Below are positions 61,101-64,000 of a stretch of 64,000 nucleotides of DNA, piece after piece. The stretch is from NCBI GenBank assembly GCA_020891255.1, contig BQFW01000010.1:1674001-1738000 (forward strand). Reading direction: 5' to 3'. The notes under the pieces are model-generated. The model saw only the letters and a list, made by a program, of their open reading frames with translations, searched no databases and had not been told where the DNA came from. The DNA comes from Entomortierella parvispora E1425 (taxonomy: Eukaryota; Fungi; Mortierellomycota). The first letter of the stretch is position 1. Each line of letters opens with the position of its first letter. The position numbers were made by a program, and so were the translations under genes.

Positions 61101-62474
61101 TCGTTGAGCAGCTCCGTATCCCATATAGGTAACAAACATTTGCCTTTTTTTTTTTTTTTTTTTTTTTTGAACGCTCTCTCCTAATATGACTATTTTCGTC
61201 TCGAAACTATCTGCTTCAAGAAAGGGAACTCTAAAGGTACAGATTATCGACACAGTGCCTGAGGGTCAAGCTACGACTTCTCCACCGACTACAGCTTGGG
61301 TCATAAAATCAACCAATATTCGTCGATTCAAATTCTTGGACTCGCCAGCACTCCGGAAGCGGATGACAGGATCCTCAGTTTCCCATTTAATTTTGGATGG
61401 GGTCACTTTCGAGTTGGGAGATAAAGTCGGCCAGCTATCCTCATCAGAGTTGGCCTATGGCACGTTCCTAAGAGGTGCTCCGTCACACGAGAAAAAGGAG
61501 TTGTGGCAGGTATGATTTCGTCTCAATTTTTCGGGATAGGTGCAACCTGCCAGTGATATTGACATCGTATTATTACTTCTCGCCATCGATCGATGCAGTT
61601 CTCTGCCTCTGACAATTGGCTGCGCACCGAAAGACATCGCGAAACCTATGGTCCTGCTATTCAAATCCTGGAGAAGCGTGTCATTGTCGTACTGGGAACC
61701 CATTTTGAAACAGATTCCCTCGCCGGCACCGCGGACAGGATTGCCAAGCTCATTGTGCACGATATTTACCTCTATGGTCGAGCGGACGTGGAGGTCCTGA
61801 CTGATCAGGAGTTTTGCAACATGTACCAACATGAAGAGGAGTCAGCCCCCAAAACGAACCTTATCCTTGTTGGTGATGCCCACCAGAACGTTGCCACCAA
61901 GCTTGTCCTTGCCGAGCGCAAGGGGGAAGGTAAAATAGATTGAAAGGACGGTCGGTACAAGCTCAAAATCCGGGCACTGACATCAATTACTGAAAATCAA
62001 TAGTGACAATTGATACAAAACAAGGCTCGGTTGTAGTAGGAAACCAGGGAGCGGAGATAGAGACCGTGTTCCAGGAACCAGGGACAGGTCTGCTAATGAT
62101 CCGACCATGGGGATCGTCTAATTTAGCTATGGTAATTGCGGGCTTGGATGCTCAAGGATTGGAGATGGCCTCAAGACTCTTTCCTAAACGAACTGGAATT
62201 TTGGTGCCTGACTGGAGTAAGGTTTTTTCTTCGCTATTGTTGCTGTTCACATGTCTTTCAAGGTGATATTCCTGCTAACATACAATCGAACAGTCGTCGC
62301 AGGTCCGGAGATGCCGTGGAAAGGGGCTGGAGGAGTCTTGGCTGCCGGGTGAGTATATATTGGACTTTGGCGCGCTATGTGCTCATACATTCTGAAGATA
62401 TTCTCAACTAACACGGATTTCTCGGTAGATATTGGGGAAACAAGTGGGAGTATCTTCCGTCGATGTCTGCCTGA
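58178..62474 (+). CDS. Secreted multidomain alpha/beta-hydrolase, peptidase S9/esterase-like (more than 10 exons)
   Basis: Signal-like N-terminus; WE-ILGPFPTGMREQDFGADPLE; IIVALHGAG; GYDWHG; nucleophile motif GHSNGGQG (60216-60230); DDNV; GEGHW; ends AAGYWGNKWEYLPSMSA*. Confidence 0.85.
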
Positions 62475-63193
62475 GCGTAAATGGCGCGCACATGTTAATC
62501 TCCACCGAGGCCATGTTTATCCAGCTGCTGCAAATAAAGAAGCCAAGGTTGCACCAACGGTTATTTTTGCAATGGGGAGCCGTGGAACTCAAGGAAAAAC
62601 AAGCAAAGATGCTCACTCTCCCTTCTGTGCGACCCAAGCAAAGGGAGGCTGGCACACCACCCACCCAACGGACGATGTCAGGGCGTTTGTGTCCGACATT
62701 GTGCGCAAATGACTGGAGGGTGGATGGGGGATGACAAGGGGGGGAAAACAGAGGGATGGAGGAACAATAATGATGAAGATAAAGCACGGCACGAGTTCAC
62801 CGTTCAAAACTTTTTTCCAGGCCCTTTCCTCTCCCCCTTTCTTTCTCTCTCTCTCTCTCTCTCCTTTCAGGCACAACCTTCTTTCTCCACCTCCCCACAG
62901 TCGCGCAGGCCGCACTTCACTAACGAACCCCTCACTTCCTTCATCTCATCTTGGCTGAATCAACAATCTCCATTCCTTCATCTCTTTCTCTCCTTTCATT
63001 CCTCGTTCATCAAGGTAAAATAAAGAAGGGAGACCTTTCGGGGCTCCCCGACGTTAAAATTGACGCGTGAATCGGATTTCGACATAGGGTTTCTTCTCCA
63101 CAGCGGAACAGACCACCTTTCGTCTGCTTCCTGGTCTCATGCTCTCCCTCTCCCTCTCTCCCTCCCCTCTCCTCTCCTCTCCATAGCATCATC

Positions 63194-64000
63194 ATGAAGT
63201 CCTTCCAATCCATCGCCATCCTCGCCACCTTGTCGGGCCTCCAGTTGTTGAGCGGCTCTCAAGCTCAGGCTCCTTACTGGAACGCCGTTTCCAATGCAGT
63301 CTCCTCCTCCGCAGGAGCTGCCCCCTCCTCCCAGCCGGCCACCTCAGCCCCCGCCTCGGCCACCACCACAGGTGGAGTTGTGACCCCAAGCCCAGCTTCT
63401 TTCATCAACACGGCCGGTCTTCGCGTCAACTCTCCCTTTGACGGCATGCAGATCAGCCAGAATGCCTTCTTGACCATCTCGGCTAGCCTGCAAAGCGGTC
63501 AGGCCATTGGTGAGTCTTTTTTCTTTTGTTGCGTGTTTCTTTCTCTGTTGCTCTACAATATTCTTACTAAAGAGTACAAACTAAATTGCCTTCCTTCACC
63601 TTCACCTGCTTTTCTTTTGAATTGTGTTTACCTGGTGAAAAGGCTCTGCCTTGATCACGGTCGCTCAATCCGATGGCTCCCATAACACCACCATCGTCAG
63701 CCTCCCCTCCACCAACACTATGGCCTTGGCCGAGACTTGGAATGTCAATTCCACCCTCTACCCGGTCGGTACCTACTTGGTAAGGACAAAACGATACTTA
63801 CTTTTTCCGTTTCTAGCCTTTGCCCCATGATTATAAATCCCCCCTATGTTGCGACCAATGTCCAACGGGTGCTAAAATATGTGGGATCACCCCCTACTTT
63901 CTGGGCATAGATGAACATGATTGTCACCCCCAACTTGACGACCCCACAGCCTGTGGAGCCCGGTCCCTCCATCTATTACTGGCAAGCTCACATCAAGGTC
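63194..64000 (+). CDS. Secreted Ser/Thr/Ala-rich protein with a beta-strand-rich domain; 3' partial
   Basis: Signal peptide MKSFQSIAILATLSGLQLLSGSQA; GLRVNSPFDGMQISQNAFLTISA; later exons with N-glycosylation sequons NTT, NST, NLT; introns near 63509 and 63780. Confidence 0.75.

Noticed and set aside
1-64000. tRNA, rRNA, snRNA, hammerhead ribozyme, TPP riboswitch, CRISPR array, intact transposase or reverse transcriptase
   Set aside because: No T-loop plus cloverleaf, no CTGATGA/GAAA core in a suitable stem context, no repeat-spacer periodicity and no DDE or RT motifs found by eye; a covariance-model scan would be more sensitive.

Overview
Intron-rich, microsatellite-rich fungal DNA. The gene set and style suggest Mucoromycota, most likely Mortierellaceae (inference). 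Most ORF-track entries are exon fragments, antisense shadows or simple-repeat artefacts. Splicing GT-AG introns by hand gives about 19 protein-coding genes and one probable pseudogene. In order: ZIP7/Yke4-type zinc transporter (5' partial), AN1 zinc-finger protein, SPATA22-like OB-fold protein, XAP5/FAM50, MCP1/DUF1691, Spt23/Mga2-like IPT-ankyrin transcription factor, UBC1/UBE2K, a decayed nuclease-like gene, SLX1, a small PAH-like repeat protein, a disordered protein with an IS1-like Zn ribbon, an orphan helical protein, HAUS3, a Tim17/22/23-family protein, RIF1, a LaeA-like methyltransferase, L-fucokinase, a four-finger C2H2 factor, a secreted S9-like serine hydrolase and a secreted Ser/Thr-rich protein (3' partial). 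I saw no rRNA, tRNA, CRISPR array or intact transposon. The most interesting items are the SPATA22-like gene, the anchor-less NF-kB-like Spt23/Mga2 variant, the stand-alone PAH-like protein, the IS1-type Zn ribbon, two consecutive 12-nt micro-exons in UBC1, a GGTCAA/TTGACC array and a 176-bp tandem duplication. All family assignments come from motif recognition by eye; no database search was run.
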